NCBI GenBank assembly: GCA_965248575.1
Contig: CBDFJQ010000002.1
Coordinates: 288,001 to 352,000 of the forward strand
DNA: 64,000 nt
DNA from: Planctomycetota bacterium
GTDB lineage: Bacteria > Planctomycetota > B15-G4
Direction of reading: 5' to 3'
Shown: one piece after another, positions 29,657 through 38,854 of the stretch
Layout of the letters: every line of letters starts with the position of its first letter
Numbering within the stretch: position 1 is the first letter of the stretch
Made by a program: the position numbers and the translations under genes
Notes under the pieces: generated by a model
Told to the model about the DNA's origin: nothing
What the model saw: the letters and a program-made list of their open reading frames with translations, nothing else
Database searches by the model: none

Positions 29657-30957
29657 CGGACCACCTGGCAGCTGCCGGAGATCTTGTTGGAGAGGCGGCC
29701 GTCTGCCGTGGTCAGCCTGAAGGACCAACGAGCGTTGCCCTCATCGTCGTTGCCTGGCAGCTGCAAGACCGACATGCGGACAAGGGGTGGGTTCGTATCG
29801 AACTCGAAGCGCTTGAACTCGAGACCCTCCAACTTCAGGTCCACAAGCTCTGCTTTCATGGTCTCCGTCATGTCCAGCTCGATGCTGAGGGTTTCGCCAG
29901 CGAACGCCAGGGTGGGCGGCCGCGACATCCAAACCCGGGGGTTGGGCCGTGAACCGTCCTCCGCGCTGTCGTCGGTGTCAGTTTCTGATGACTGCTCATC
30001 AGATGGGACACCCATAGCGGCCTCGTTCTGATTGGAGACGGGCGTGGCTTCACCAGCCGTGTCTGCGGTTTCGGCGGAGGAGCTTCCCTCGGCGAGGGCC
30101 GATGCGGACTGAGAGAAGTTCTGGGCAAGGGTGCCCATGATCACGTCGTCACCCCACTTCTTGTCGTAGGCGAGGATCAGAACGCAGCCTGCGGCCAGAA
30201 GCACTCCCACGAAGGACGGCTTCATTCGCTTGCCGGATGACCCCTTGCGCTGGGTGTGGGCGACGGTCGCCGTGAGGCTCTTGTGGCCCTCGAAGAGGGT
30301 ATAGGCCCGGTACGTGTAGTGCACCTTCGGAGACACGCTGGTGTCGAGGAAGGAGGCATCCGTGCCCTGGTAGACCACGATCTCGTCCGCGGGGTCCGTG
30401 GATGACTCCACGACGCGCACGATGCGCACCTCGTCATAGCGGTCCTCTGGCACCGTCCAGGTGAGCATCACCCGCCCGCGGCGCGGGGACGCCTTGAACT
30501 CGGTGACCCGCTTGGGTTGCTCGAGCTCTTCGTTGTCGCGAAGGCCCCGGCGTTCGAGGAACTCGGCGAGCCAGGCGTTTGCCAGGTCGGAGCGCGCCCG
30601 GCACCAGTTCATGGCGATGTCACGCAGGGACATCTGGGTGTCAGCACCCAAGGCCGTGCGCCCGCCATCAATGTCGGCACGCAAGACGGTGTCACCGAGG
30701 CGGCAGAACTCCTGGAACACCACTTCCAACAGCTCGTCGCGCTTGTTGAGCATGTTGTTGACGTCGTCGAACCACTGCTGAGCACGAGCTGCAACGCTGC
30801 CCTTGGTGCTGTTCAGTTCACGATTGCGCGTGCCACGCTGTTCTTCGCAAGCCGCTTTGATAGCGGCCTCGTCGTCACAGACGGGCAGCCCGAGGGCGGC
30901 AAACATCTCCTGAATCTGGTGGACGTTCTGTCGGCTCTTGTCTGAGCGGGGTGGCAC
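29653..30957 (-). CDS. membrane protein with J-like helical N-terminus, FN3 domain, TM helix and C-terminal beta domain
   Basis: V.LTW..P......VRIVR...VYQG....F.D........Y.Y FN3 pattern; TM FVGVLLAAGCVLILAY; GTG start at 30957 inferred. Confidence 0.72.
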   Translation of the reverse strand: MPPRSDKSRQNVHQIQEMFAALGLPVCDDEAAIKAACEEQRGTRNRELNSTKGSVAARAQQWFDDVNNMLNKRDELLEVVFQEFCRLGDTVLRADIDGGRTALGADTQMSLRDIAMNWCRARSDLANAWLAEFLERRGLRDNEELEQPKRVTEFKASPRRGRVMLTWTVPEDRYDEVRIVRVVESSTDPADEIVVYQGTDASFLDTSVSPKVHYTYRAYTLFEGHKSLTATVAHTQRKGSSGKRMKPSFVGVLLAAGCVLILAYDKKWGDDVIMGTLAQNFSQSASALAEGSSSAETADTAGEATPVSNQNEAAMGVPSDEQSSETDTDDSAEDGSRPNPRVWMSRPPTLAFAGETLSIELDMTETMKAELVDLKLEGLEFKRFEFDTNPPLVRMSVLQLPGNDDEGNARWSFRLTTADGRLSNKISGSCQVVR

Positions 30958-31056
30958 GTGTGTTTCTCGCGTTAGTACGGGCGGGGCTGGCGGGAGCGGG
31001 GCCCTTGTGCAGGCGGGCGACCTCCCTCTCGGAAGTGCCGCCCGCCGCACGAGTCA

Positions 31057-33288
31057 TCAGTAGAGCTTCAGCGGGCGAGGTGCCTCGCGAGGCGGCTCGT
31101 CGTTGTCCGACTCGTCGTCGCTCGGGCTCTCAGTGCTCTGGGAGCTCGGCGTCACTTCGTCCTGCGCCATGTCGGGCGCCGCAGGTTCGGTGTCCACGGC
31201 CGGCTCCTCGGTGGGGACGGCGGGCTGAACCGGATCGTCACCAAAGGGTTCGGCTGGGTCGAAGGGGCCGTTCATGTCCGGGGCCTGTTCGAGGACGGGC
31301 TCGATGACAGGCTCTTCGACGACAGGCTGCTCGACCACCGGCTGTTCGACCACCGGCTGCTCCACGACAGGCTGGGGGGCGACAGGCTGTTCGACCACCG
31401 GCTGCTCGACCACCGGCTGTTCGACCACCGGCTGCTCGACGACAGGCTGCTCGACGACAGGTTGCTCGACGACAGGCTGCTCGACGACAGGCTGCTCGAC
31501 CACCGGCTGCTCCACGACAGGCTGGGGGGCGACAGGTGCTTCGACCACCGGCTGCTCGACGACGGGCTGGGGGGCGACAGGTGCTTCGACCACCGGCTGC
31601 TCGACGACGGGCTGGGGGGCCGCAGGTGCCGGGGGGGCTTCCGCCTGGGGTTCCACTGAGGGCATCGGGATGGATTTCCGCTCGGCCGCGGGCTTCGGGC
31701 TCGGCACGGTGGCCGGCTGCGAAGGGGTGCTCCAGCGGTCGTAGCGAATCTCGATCTCGGTGTTCGTTTCCATGTCCACCGCGTTGCCCATGATGATGCC
31801 GTTGGAACCAAACCAGAGCGTGGTCCGGATGGGGCGGCCGCGCGGACGGTTCGGGGGCAGGCCCTCGATCCGGAAGTCCACGAGGTGGGCGCACTCCTCG
31901 ATGTCGTCCGAATCACCTTCGAACAGGCGGATGCAGACTTCGGCCTGGTTGTCGAAGAGCGTTTCGGTCACGAACTGACGACGCTCACCGAAGACCGTGC
32001 CGCGGTCGAGGACGACGGCGTTGAAGGGCCGACGCTCGCCGTCCGCGTCCTGACGAATGACCTGGATGCCCACGGCATGGCAGGTGATATCCGTGATGGA
32101 GTCCTCGGTGATCCGCACGGCGCGGTCATCCGTGGCTTCGCCACTCGGTCCGGGCAGCGGGATCGTGGCCGCATCGTCCACTGCGTGGGCGACGTAGGCT
32201 GCACCACAAGCCACCAACAACTGGGGGTTGCGGTACTCCAGGGGGGTCTGCTTGAAGACCTCCTGGATCATGTCCTTGACCATGGGCATGCGGGTGGAAC
32301 CGCCGCAGAGCAGCACGTCCACCTGGTCCCGGGTGATGCCGTGGTTCTGCTCGGCTTCAGCGAGCACCTGCTCGAGGCGCATCTGCGTCTGCAACAGCAG
32401 GCCGCTGGCACGCTCCTCGAACTCCTCACGGGTCACTTCGATCATGTGGCCCTGGAGATCGGCCACGACCATCTCGGTGGACTTCTTGGACAGCGCGCGC
32501 TTGGCCTTCTCGCAGTTGTCGTGCAAGACGGCCGCGTTGCGGGCATCGAGGCGGGGGTCCACCTCGAACTGCTCCATGCACTTGTCGGCGACGATGTCGA
32601 TCAGGACATCATCCCAATCCAATCCGCCGAGCTCCCTGTTGCCGTCCTTGCAGAGGGTGTTCAGGGTCAGGTTCTGGACGTTGCCACCCTCGCCGGCGAG
32701 GTTTGCCGGAATCACGGGCTTGATCAACGTGACGTCGAACGTGCCACCACCCAGGTCATACACCAGCACGTGCTTGTCCGTCAGGCTGGTGTTCTGCTCG
32801 ATGGAGTAGGCGACCGCTGCGGCGTGTGGCTCGCTGAGGATGTTCACCACGTTGAGGCCAGCCTGCTTGGCGGCTTCCATGGTGGCGGCGCACTGACGCT
32901 CGCCGAAGTACGCGGGCACCGTGATGACCACGTCTTCCACGGCCTCACCCATCTCGATCTCAGCGTTCTCCTTCAAGGAACGAAGGATGTCGGCGGACAC
33001 CTCAATGGGCGTGCGACGGCGGCCGTCGATGGCAACCGTCTCGTACTCGTCGCCCATCTTCCGCTTGATGCCGACGATGACGCGGCCCGGATCCTGCTTG
33101 CGGGTGTTCCACGCCACCTCGCCCACGACAGAGGTGCCTTCGGTGGGGTAGTAGACAACGGAACGCAACGACGTGGTCTCGCCATCCTCGCTTTCGAGGG
33201 GCAGGGGCTTCACCTCCTGACGACTGTCGTCGTACCAGGAGATCGTCGAATAAGTCGTACCGAGGTCGATGCCGTAGCGCTTGGTCAT
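31057..33288 (-). CDS. Hsp70 family protein (atypical DnaK paralog with Pro/Val/Glu-rich tail)
   Basis: GIDLGTT, VITVPAYF, EPHAAA, YDLGGGTFDVT, LGG.DWD, GGSTRMP and DNQ..V.I..FEG motifs. Confidence 0.93.
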   Translation of the reverse strand: MTKRYGIDLGTTYSTISWYDDSRQEVKPLPLESEDGETTSLRSVVYYPTEGTSVVGEVAWNTRKQDPGRVIVGIKRKMGDEYETVAIDGRRRTPIEVSADILRSLKENAEIEMGEAVEDVVITVPAYFGERQCAATMEAAKQAGLNVVNILSEPHAAAVAYSIEQNTSLTDKHVLVYDLGGGTFDVTLIKPVIPANLAGEGGNVQNLTLNTLCKDGNRELGGLDWDDVLIDIVADKCMEQFEVDPRLDARNAAVLHDNCEKAKRALSKKSTEMVVADLQGHMIEVTREEFEERASGLLLQTQMRLEQVLAEAEQNHGITRDQVDVLLCGGSTRMPMVKDMIQEVFKQTPLEYRNPQLLVACGAAYVAHAVDDAATIPLPGPSGEATDDRAVRITEDSITDITCHAVGIQVIRQDADGERRPFNAVVLDRGTVFGERRQFVTETLFDNQAEVCIRLFEGDSDDIEECAHLVDFRIEGLPPNRPRGRPIRTTLWFGSNGIIMGNAVDMETNTEIEIRYDRWSTPSQPATVPSPKPAAERKSIPMPSVEPQAEAPPAPAAPQPVVEQPVVEAPVAPQPVVEQPVVEAPVAPQPVVEQPVVEQPVVEQPVVEQPVVEQPVVEQPVVEQPVVEQPVVEQPVAPQPVVEQPVVEQPVVEQPVVEEPVIEPVLEQAPDMNGPFDPAEPFGDDPVQPAVPTEEPAVDTEPAAPDMAQDEVTPSSQSTESPSDDESDNDEPPREAPRPLKLY
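31298..31620 (-). repeat. 15-bp coding tandem repeat encoding PVVEQ/PVAPQ units
   Basis: Units such as GGCTGCTCGACCACC and GGCTGCTCGACGACA on the + strand, about 20 copies. Confidence 0.92.
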
Positions 33289-33345
33289 CGGTGTGCTCCC
33301 TTTAGCTGGTCGCGGGCAGAGGGGAAGAGGTCTTCCTTAATCCGC

Positions 33346-34554
33346 CTAGTCGTCCGTGGATTTTTTCTTCTTGGAGGACTTGCGGGTCCCCCGTTTGGTC
33401 AGGTTCTTGCTGTCTTCCGCCGTGCCGCTTGCGCCCAGGAAAGGTGCGAAGCCCGGCGATACGTCGTGCGGTTCGGAGCCAGCCTGCTTGTCCTGGCTGG
33501 GCTCGCTGGCGTCAGGAGCGGCGTCCTCCTCGTTCGAAGCAGGAGCGTCTTCCTGTGCGGCGGTCTCGAGCAGCGTCGGGTCGTAGCGACCCACGGTGAC
33601 CTCTGCGTAGCGCAGCACCGAGTGCTCGCTGCGATAACCAGGGCGCACGGTTTCGATGATCTTCCCGTCCAACTCCTCGTCGCTTACGGGCTCCACGTCG
33701 ATGGCGTTGTGGATGTTCGGATCGAAGTCGATGTCGGTGGGGATCTGACTCAGGTCGTAGGTGTCGAGGATCTGTCCCACTCGCGTGAGCATGGCCTGGA
33801 AGTAACGAAGGCCTTCGACACGCGGGATCTCGCCGTTCTCTTCAGGGAAGGCGCGCAAGGCACCCTCGACCAGGTCGCCCAAGCCCACCACATCGCCCAG
33901 GACGCTGCGCAGACGCGCGTCGCCCATGGAGGTGGAGAGTTCGTCGACCTTCTTGCCCAGGCCGCGCAGCTTCGGAGGGATGAAGCTGGACTGCTTGGCC
34001 ACGCCCTCGAGCGTGATCTCGAGTCGGCCCAGGCGGTCTTCGTTCAGCTGCAGAAGGCCGCGCATTTCCGCAAGGCTGCGTTCGGCTGCGAGAGGCGACT
34101 GTCCGCGGGTCTCGTCATCGTGCTGGGAGGTGGGGGTGTGCTCGTGGTCGTGGGCCTGGTCCGTCTCGCCGGTCGGCAAATCGTCCATGGGTGAGCCCAT
34201 GGGGTCCCATAGGGCGTGGTTGGACTCCGAGAGCATCGGATCAACGAGGTCTGGGTCAGCGGGCCAGCCTTCGCCGTCCAGCGTCTCTTCAGGGTTCAGG
34301 GCCTTTGCAACCTCGGCCGTGGCCTGCAACTCAGCACGGGACTCAACAGATTCGGTGACCGGGTTTCCGGCTTTCGGCTGATCCCCATGCGGGTGGGGCT
34401 TGTCCGTTTTCTTCTGGGCGCCGGTGACGAGCGGATCGGCTCCAAACACCTCGAGGATGTCGGGGTGTTCTTCCTGGAGGCTCGAGCCGCTGCGTGCCTT
34501 TTCGGGCGCACTTCCAGCCTGCTCACCGCCGTTCTTCTTCGATCCATCCTTCAT
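33346..34554 (-). CDS. GrpE-like nucleotide exchange factor with long acidic extensions
   Basis: Coiled coil then FDPNIHNAI...IIETVRPGY.....LRYAEVTV; start uncertain. Confidence 0.85.
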   Translation of the reverse strand: MKDGSKKNGGEQAGSAPEKARSGSSLQEEHPDILEVFGADPLVTGAQKKTDKPHPHGDQPKAGNPVTESVESRAELQATAEVAKALNPEETLDGEGWPADPDLVDPMLSESNHALWDPMGSPMDDLPTGETDQAHDHEHTPTSQHDDETRGQSPLAAERSLAEMRGLLQLNEDRLGRLEITLEGVAKQSSFIPPKLRGLGKKVDELSTSMGDARLRSVLGDVVGLGDLVEGALRAFPEENGEIPRVEGLRYFQAMLTRVGQILDTYDLSQIPTDIDFDPNIHNAIDVEPVSDEELDGKIIETVRPGYRSEHSVLRYAEVTVGRYDPTLLETAAQEDAPASNEEDAAPDASEPSQDKQAGSEPHDVSPGFAPFLGASGTAEDSKNLTKRGTRKSSKKKKSTDD

Positions 34555-34804
34555 TCAAGCCATCCTCAAGACGCCGCTGCGAGCGAGGCGGAGGCCTCAG
34601 CGCGACGACTCTCTCCTTCGTCAGGGGACGGAAGGGTCTTGAGGTCAAACCAGAATGGAGTGGACGAGGGCCGGATAGGCCCTAGATGGCGGCTCCGGGG
34701 AAGCCCAGGGCCCGCGGCTGTCGTGACGGTGGGGCTCGTCGGCAGGGCCTGGCTGACAGGGCCCCGAGCTGCGCCCCGAGTTGCGGGCTAGGCGATCTGG
34801 CCCA

Positions 34805-35224
34805 TCAGCCGATGGACACGAGCTCGACCTGGAACACGAGGGTGGCGTTGGCCCCGATCACCGGTGGCGCTCCGGAACTGCCATAGCCGAGGTCTGGCGG
34901 AATGATGAACAGGCAAGTGCCGCCCTCCTTCATCAGCTGCACGCCCTCGGTCCATCCAGCAATTACCCGGTTGAGGGGGAACGCGATGGTCTGGCCGCGG
35001 GAGTACGAGGAGTCGAAGGGAGTGCCATCGGTGAGCCAGCCCGCGTAGTGCACAGTCACCTTGTCCTGCGCGCTAGGCGATGCGCCGCTGCCTTCCACGA
35101 CCATGGCGTACTTCAGGCCACTGGCGGTGGAGCTGCATTCCTCGTCCGAGGGCAGACGAAATGGGGGGACGTCCATGGGTGAGGCCTTTCGTCCGGTGAT
35201 TGCGGCGAGGAGTTTGCGGAACAT
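34805..35224 (-). CDS. FKBP-type peptidyl-prolyl isomerase
   Basis: TASGL.Y, VHY.G.L.DGT.FDSS, VI.GW.EG, IPP.LGYG and TLVF.VEL motifs. Confidence 0.95.
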   Translation of the reverse strand: MFRKLLAAITGRKASPMDVPPFRLPSDEECSSTASGLKYAMVVEGSGASPSAQDKVTVHYAGWLTDGTPFDSSYSRGQTIAFPLNRVIAGWTEGVQLMKEGGTCLFIIPPDLGYGSSGAPPVIGANATLVFQVELVSIG

Positions 35225-35310
35225 GACAGCTCCTGCGGATGCGCCCGGTTGTGGCACACGCCGTGACGAGGAGCAAGAATGGGCGGGCTCTTTCGGAGGA
35301 ATCAGGTCCG

Positions 35311-36144
35311 GTGAATGGAATTGCCCTCGGCACTTCGAGTTGGTCCACCCCTGGCTGGGTCGGGCCCTTCTATCCGAAGGCTTGCAAGCCCGCGGACTTC
35401 CTGGCGCACTACGCAACGCAGTTCCAGGCAGTGGAAGCGGATGTCACCTATTACCGGATCCCGACACCAGCGATGGTGGCGAACTGGCGCGACCGGACAC
35501 CGGAGGGATTCTCCCTGTGCGCGAAGTTTCCGCGCAGCATCGTGCATGCCGGACAGGGGCCCCGGCCCGATGCTTCGAAGATCCTGGTGCCGTCGGTCAC
35601 GCAAGCCGACACCGACGCCTTCCTGAACGCGATGGCAGCCTTGGGCGATCGGTGCGGGGCGTTGTTGCTTCAGTTTCCGTATCTCTCCAAGGCTTGCTTC
35701 GAAGACTCAGCAGAGTTCCTGGACCGGCTGGACGCCTACCTCGAAGCGCTTCCGGCGACCTTCCGCTATGCAGTGGAAGTCCGGAACAAGGCCTGGGTGA
35801 CGAGCCAGTTGACGGCCGTGCTGCGCAGACATCGCGTGGCCCTGGTGCTGGTGGAAATGGGCTACCTGCCGCACCCGGCTGACGTCGCCGCGAAACTCGA
35901 CGTGGTCACCGCGGACTTTCTGTATGGCCGGCTCATCGGCGATCGGAAGCAGGTGGAGGCCCGCACCCAGGTGTTCGACAAGCTCGTGTTCGATCGCACG
36001 GCCTCGCTGAAGCGCTGGGCAGACCTGATGGGGGCACTCTCCGAGAGGGTTCCGCAGACGTGGCTGTTCGCGAACAACCACTACGCCGGACATGGGCCGG
36101 AGACGATTCGAGAACTCGGGCGCCTGATGGGGCTTTCAGGCTAA
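35311..36144 (+). CDS. DUF72 (YecE-like) protein
   Basis: GTSSW...W.G.FYP, VE.D.TYY, LLQFP, AVEVRN and FANNHY motifs; GGAGGA upstream. Confidence 0.9.
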   Translation: MNGIALGTSSWSTPGWVGPFYPKACKPADFLAHYATQFQAVEADVTYYRIPTPAMVANWRDRTPEGFSLCAKFPRSIVHAGQGPRPDASKILVPSVTQADTDAFLNAMAALGDRCGALLLQFPYLSKACFEDSAEFLDRLDAYLEALPATFRYAVEVRNKAWVTSQLTAVLRRHRVALVLVEMGYLPHPADVAAKLDVVTADFLYGRLIGDRKQVEARTQVFDKLVFDRTASLKRWADLMGALSERVPQTWLFANNHYAGHGPETIRELGRLMGLSG

Positions 36145-36388
36145 GGACCTGAGGCTTTGTTCGTTGGAAGGCAGATTCAGTGGGGGGGCTTCGTCTGGGT
36201 CCGACTGCTGGGCCGCATGGCTTGCGGCTTTCTGCTGTTGCCCGCCCACGACGCCCCATAGACAAGACGATTTCGCTGCTGCTGGCCCATTGCTAACAGG
36301 GAGAGGCGCGGAATCACAACAACACCGCCGTTGCCACCCATGGGAGGGAGGCATAGAGCTCACCATGACTCCTCGGGGGAGGCCTCTG

Positions 36389-37591
36389 ATGCCCCAGTTC
36401 GTTTCGATGTCCGCTTGGTCCTGCAGGAACGCATGGTCGCCACGAAATTCGGGTAGCAAGCCAGCTCGGCGAAACTCGGCGAGCAAAGTCCTTCCCGTTC
36501 TTTGCTCGCTGCTTCTCTTGCTGGTACCGGTCCTCGCCCCGGTGGCGAGCGCGGGAGTACCTGGGCAGCTTGCGGAAGAGGAGGAGGTCTTCCTGACCTC
36601 TGAGGCTGCGGAGCTGAACCTGCGACAGGGCAGGCGCAAGACAACCGCAGGTTCCTTGGCGGAGAAGCTACCGACAGCTGTTCGGGCCGCGCTCAACGAC
36701 TGGGCAGAAGTCGTTGCCCAATACCAGCTCTCCGTCGTGCTGCCCAAGGGGGCTGAGGTTCTCGTTCTGGGTCGGGCGGATTCCGGCGTCATGACACATG
36801 CTGCCGAAGTGCTCGACGATGCGTGGGAGATGCTCGCGGACATCCAGCAGGAGGATGGGCCAGCAGTTCCAGCAACCCTTGTGTTCTTGTTCGACAAGGA
36901 CTCAATGGGTGGCGAGGCGTGGGAAGGGGTTCTCAATGCCCTGGTGGAGCGCAACCAGCTCGTGGCCTTCGCCGCTCGAAGCATGACCGAGGACCCCGGC
37001 CCGCTGATGTTGCGCGGCCTGCCTGGTTTCCTCCAGCCCACCTACGACATGGCTGGTAACGCGGCTGCCGGTGATGACGAGTTTCGCCTCGACAACGAAC
37101 TGGCGCACAAGTTGGCGCAGTGTGTGCTGAAGAGCCGCTTCGGTGAGGTGCCCACGAGCATCCGCTGGGGGATGGGCTTCCTCGTGGAGCAGCGGCAGTA
37201 TCGTTCCATCTATCAGCTGAACGCGACGGGCTTCGTGGCCGCGGTGGATCATTTCGATTGGCCGAAGAAGGCGCGCTCCGCGGTGCTGGATGCTGCCAAG
37301 TCGAAGAGCTGGTCCATCGCGCAGCTGGCGAGCCGGGACGACAGCGCTGGCCGGGCAACCGAGCCCCAGATGATCACCTGGGGGGCTCTGGACTACCTCT
37401 ACAAGAAAGACACGCCTGCGCTCGTCGGCATGCTGTCCGAGCTGGCGCAGCTGCACGCCGACGGCGCCGGATGGCGGACCTCATCGAGCGAGTATCTGGG
37501 CGACGAGGAGGCCACGGTTGAAGTCCTGGCCAAGGCCCTCGATGGCATCGATGGGCGCAAACTGGCGAGTCACCTCAAGAAGGTGAAGTGA
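36389..37591 (+). CDS. exported protein, degenerate DUF1570/gluzincin-like
   Basis: Signal-like hydrophobic segment; LAHKLAQ...PTSIRWGMG resembles HExxH...PxWxxEG; start uncertain. Confidence 0.6.
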   Translation: MPQFVSMSAWSCRNAWSPRNSGSKPARRNSASKVLPVLCSLLLLLVPVLAPVASAGVPGQLAEEEEVFLTSEAAELNLRQGRRKTTAGSLAEKLPTAVRAALNDWAEVVAQYQLSVVLPKGAEVLVLGRADSGVMTHAAEVLDDAWEMLADIQQEDGPAVPATLVFLFDKDSMGGEAWEGVLNALVERNQLVAFAARSMTEDPGPLMLRGLPGFLQPTYDMAGNAAAGDDEFRLDNELAHKLAQCVLKSRFGEVPTSIRWGMGFLVEQRQYRSIYQLNATGFVAAVDHFDWPKKARSAVLDAAKSKSWSIAQLASRDDSAGRATEPQMITWGALDYLYKKDTPALVGMLSELAQLHADGAGWRTSSSEYLGDEEATVEVLAKALDGIDGRKLASHLKKVK

Positions 37592-37602
37592 GCAGGGGGG
37601 AG

Positions 37603-37679
37603 TGGTCGGGGTGACAGGATTCGAACCTGCGATCTCTTGTCCCCCAGACAAGCGCTCTACCAAACTGAGCCACACCCCG
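37603..37679 (-). tRNA. tRNA-Pro (GGG)
   Basis: Reverse complement CGGGGTGTGGCTCAGTTTGGTAGAGCG-CTTGT-CTGGGGG-ACAAG-AGATCGCAGGTTCGAATCCTGTCACCCCGACCA; cloverleaf with encoded CCA, 77 nt. Confidence 0.97.
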
Positions 37680-37845
37680 ACACCGAGCCGCTGACTTCAG
37701 CAGAAGATGCGCGATGGGGGTCGCGCCGACTCGCGGGGTTTTGTACCGAAGGGGCCTCCGGGGGACAAGGCCGGGCGGCCCAATCGGCGAGGGGAATCTG
37801 AGCTGGGTCCATGTCACGTGACGGCGCGGCAGCCGTTGTCCTGGC

Positions 37846-38787
37846 ATGCAACGACTCCTGGCGAGCTGGATGACGGTGACTTTCGTGCTGGCCGGCGTGT
37901 TCGCCTGGCAGCTGGGCCCGGTGCTGGCTGGGACCCCGGGGGCAGTGCCGAAGGCCCAGCACTCGGTCCGGGGAGACCTGGTGCCCGACCTGCGCCAAGA
38001 GCTGGGCTCCCAGGGCATGGCTCCTGCCCCATTGGAGGGCGGCCGTCCCCGGTCGAGGAAGCTCGTCCTTGTCCTTCACGGGGGGAGCTTCCGCCCTCGT
38101 TCCCCGCGGGATCTTGCGGAGCGTGCCCTGGCGCCGCTCACAGATGATGCAGAGCGGCTGGGGCTACGCCTCCTGGCACCGGTGGCTCCTTCGTCCTGGC
38201 TCTCCGGGGGGTACAGGGCCTCCAGCGAGAGGTCTGCCGAGGCGTCGGACCCTGCAACGCTTTGGGCAAGCCCGGCGGGCGAGACCCTCGTGCTGCACTT
38301 GATTGCTGAAGAGCTGCGCCAGAAACGGGCGGACCCCCGACGGATCTATTTGGCAGGTCACGGTGCTGGGGCGACTTCAGCGCTGGAGCTGGCGGCGAGG
38401 CACCCGCAGCTGTTTGCGGGTTTGGCGCTCTGGTCGGGGACACCGGCTCCTCTCTGGCAGCGGGGGGACGGCGCTGCGCAGGGAGCGTCGGTAGCTTCCG
38501 TTGAGCCAAAGGTCGTGGGGCTCGTGGGCGATCCTGTTCCCGCCCTGGCCACCGTGCCTGTCTATCTCTGGACGGGGGCGCAGGACGGCATCCTGGATCG
38601 GAAGGCGTTGGCGATGTTCGTGCAGCAGATGCAGGGCCAGCTGGATGCAGGGGCCGGCCATGTTTTCCAGTGGACGGAGCAGCCGGGGGCGCACGATTAC
38701 GGTCCGCAGGGTCCGGGCGCGGGCTTGCAGTTCCTCAGGGATCGCAAGAAGGCGAAGCCCCGAAAGGCGCAAGGGTCCAGCCGATAA
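37846..38787 (+). CDS. exported alpha/beta-hydrolase-fold protein lacking the nucleophilic Ser
   Basis: LVLVLHGG, DPRRIYLAGHGAGA, HP..FAG, G.QD and GAH motifs. Confidence 0.75.
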   Translation: MQRLLASWMTVTFVLAGVFAWQLGPVLAGTPGAVPKAQHSVRGDLVPDLRQELGSQGMAPAPLEGGRPRSRKLVLVLHGGSFRPRSPRDLAERALAPLTDDAERLGLRLLAPVAPSSWLSGGYRASSERSAEASDPATLWASPAGETLVLHLIAEELRQKRADPRRIYLAGHGAGATSALELAARHPQLFAGLALWSGTPAPLWQRGDGAAQGASVASVEPKVVGLVGDPVPALATVPVYLWTGAQDGILDRKALAMFVQQMQGQLDAGAGHVFQWTEQPGAHDYGPQGPGAGLQFLRDRKKAKPRKAQGSSR

Positions 38788-38854
38788 CGGACCAGCCGTT
38801 ACAGGACGTGTCGTTAGAGGATCTGGCGTTGAAGGGCTTGCGACGCATCTCCGC

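Noticed and set aside
31298..31620. Regular short repeats resembling a CRISPR array
   Set aside because: 15-bp units are contiguous with no unique spacers, lie in frame within the Hsp70 gene, and no cas genes are present.
31885..34194. 769-aa + strand ORF
   Set aside because: Antisense shadow of the hsp70 and grpE-like genes; long antisense ORFs opposite Hsp70 genes are a known artefact.
34564..34644. Inverted repeat CCTCAAGAC / GTCTTGAGG upstream of the grpE-like gene
   Set aside because: Only 9 bp with a 63-nt spacer; cannot be distinguished from chance without comparative data.
37603..37679. tRNA-Pro as integration site of a genomic island
   Set aside because: No integrase, no duplicated tRNA 3' end noticed and no evident compositional shift.
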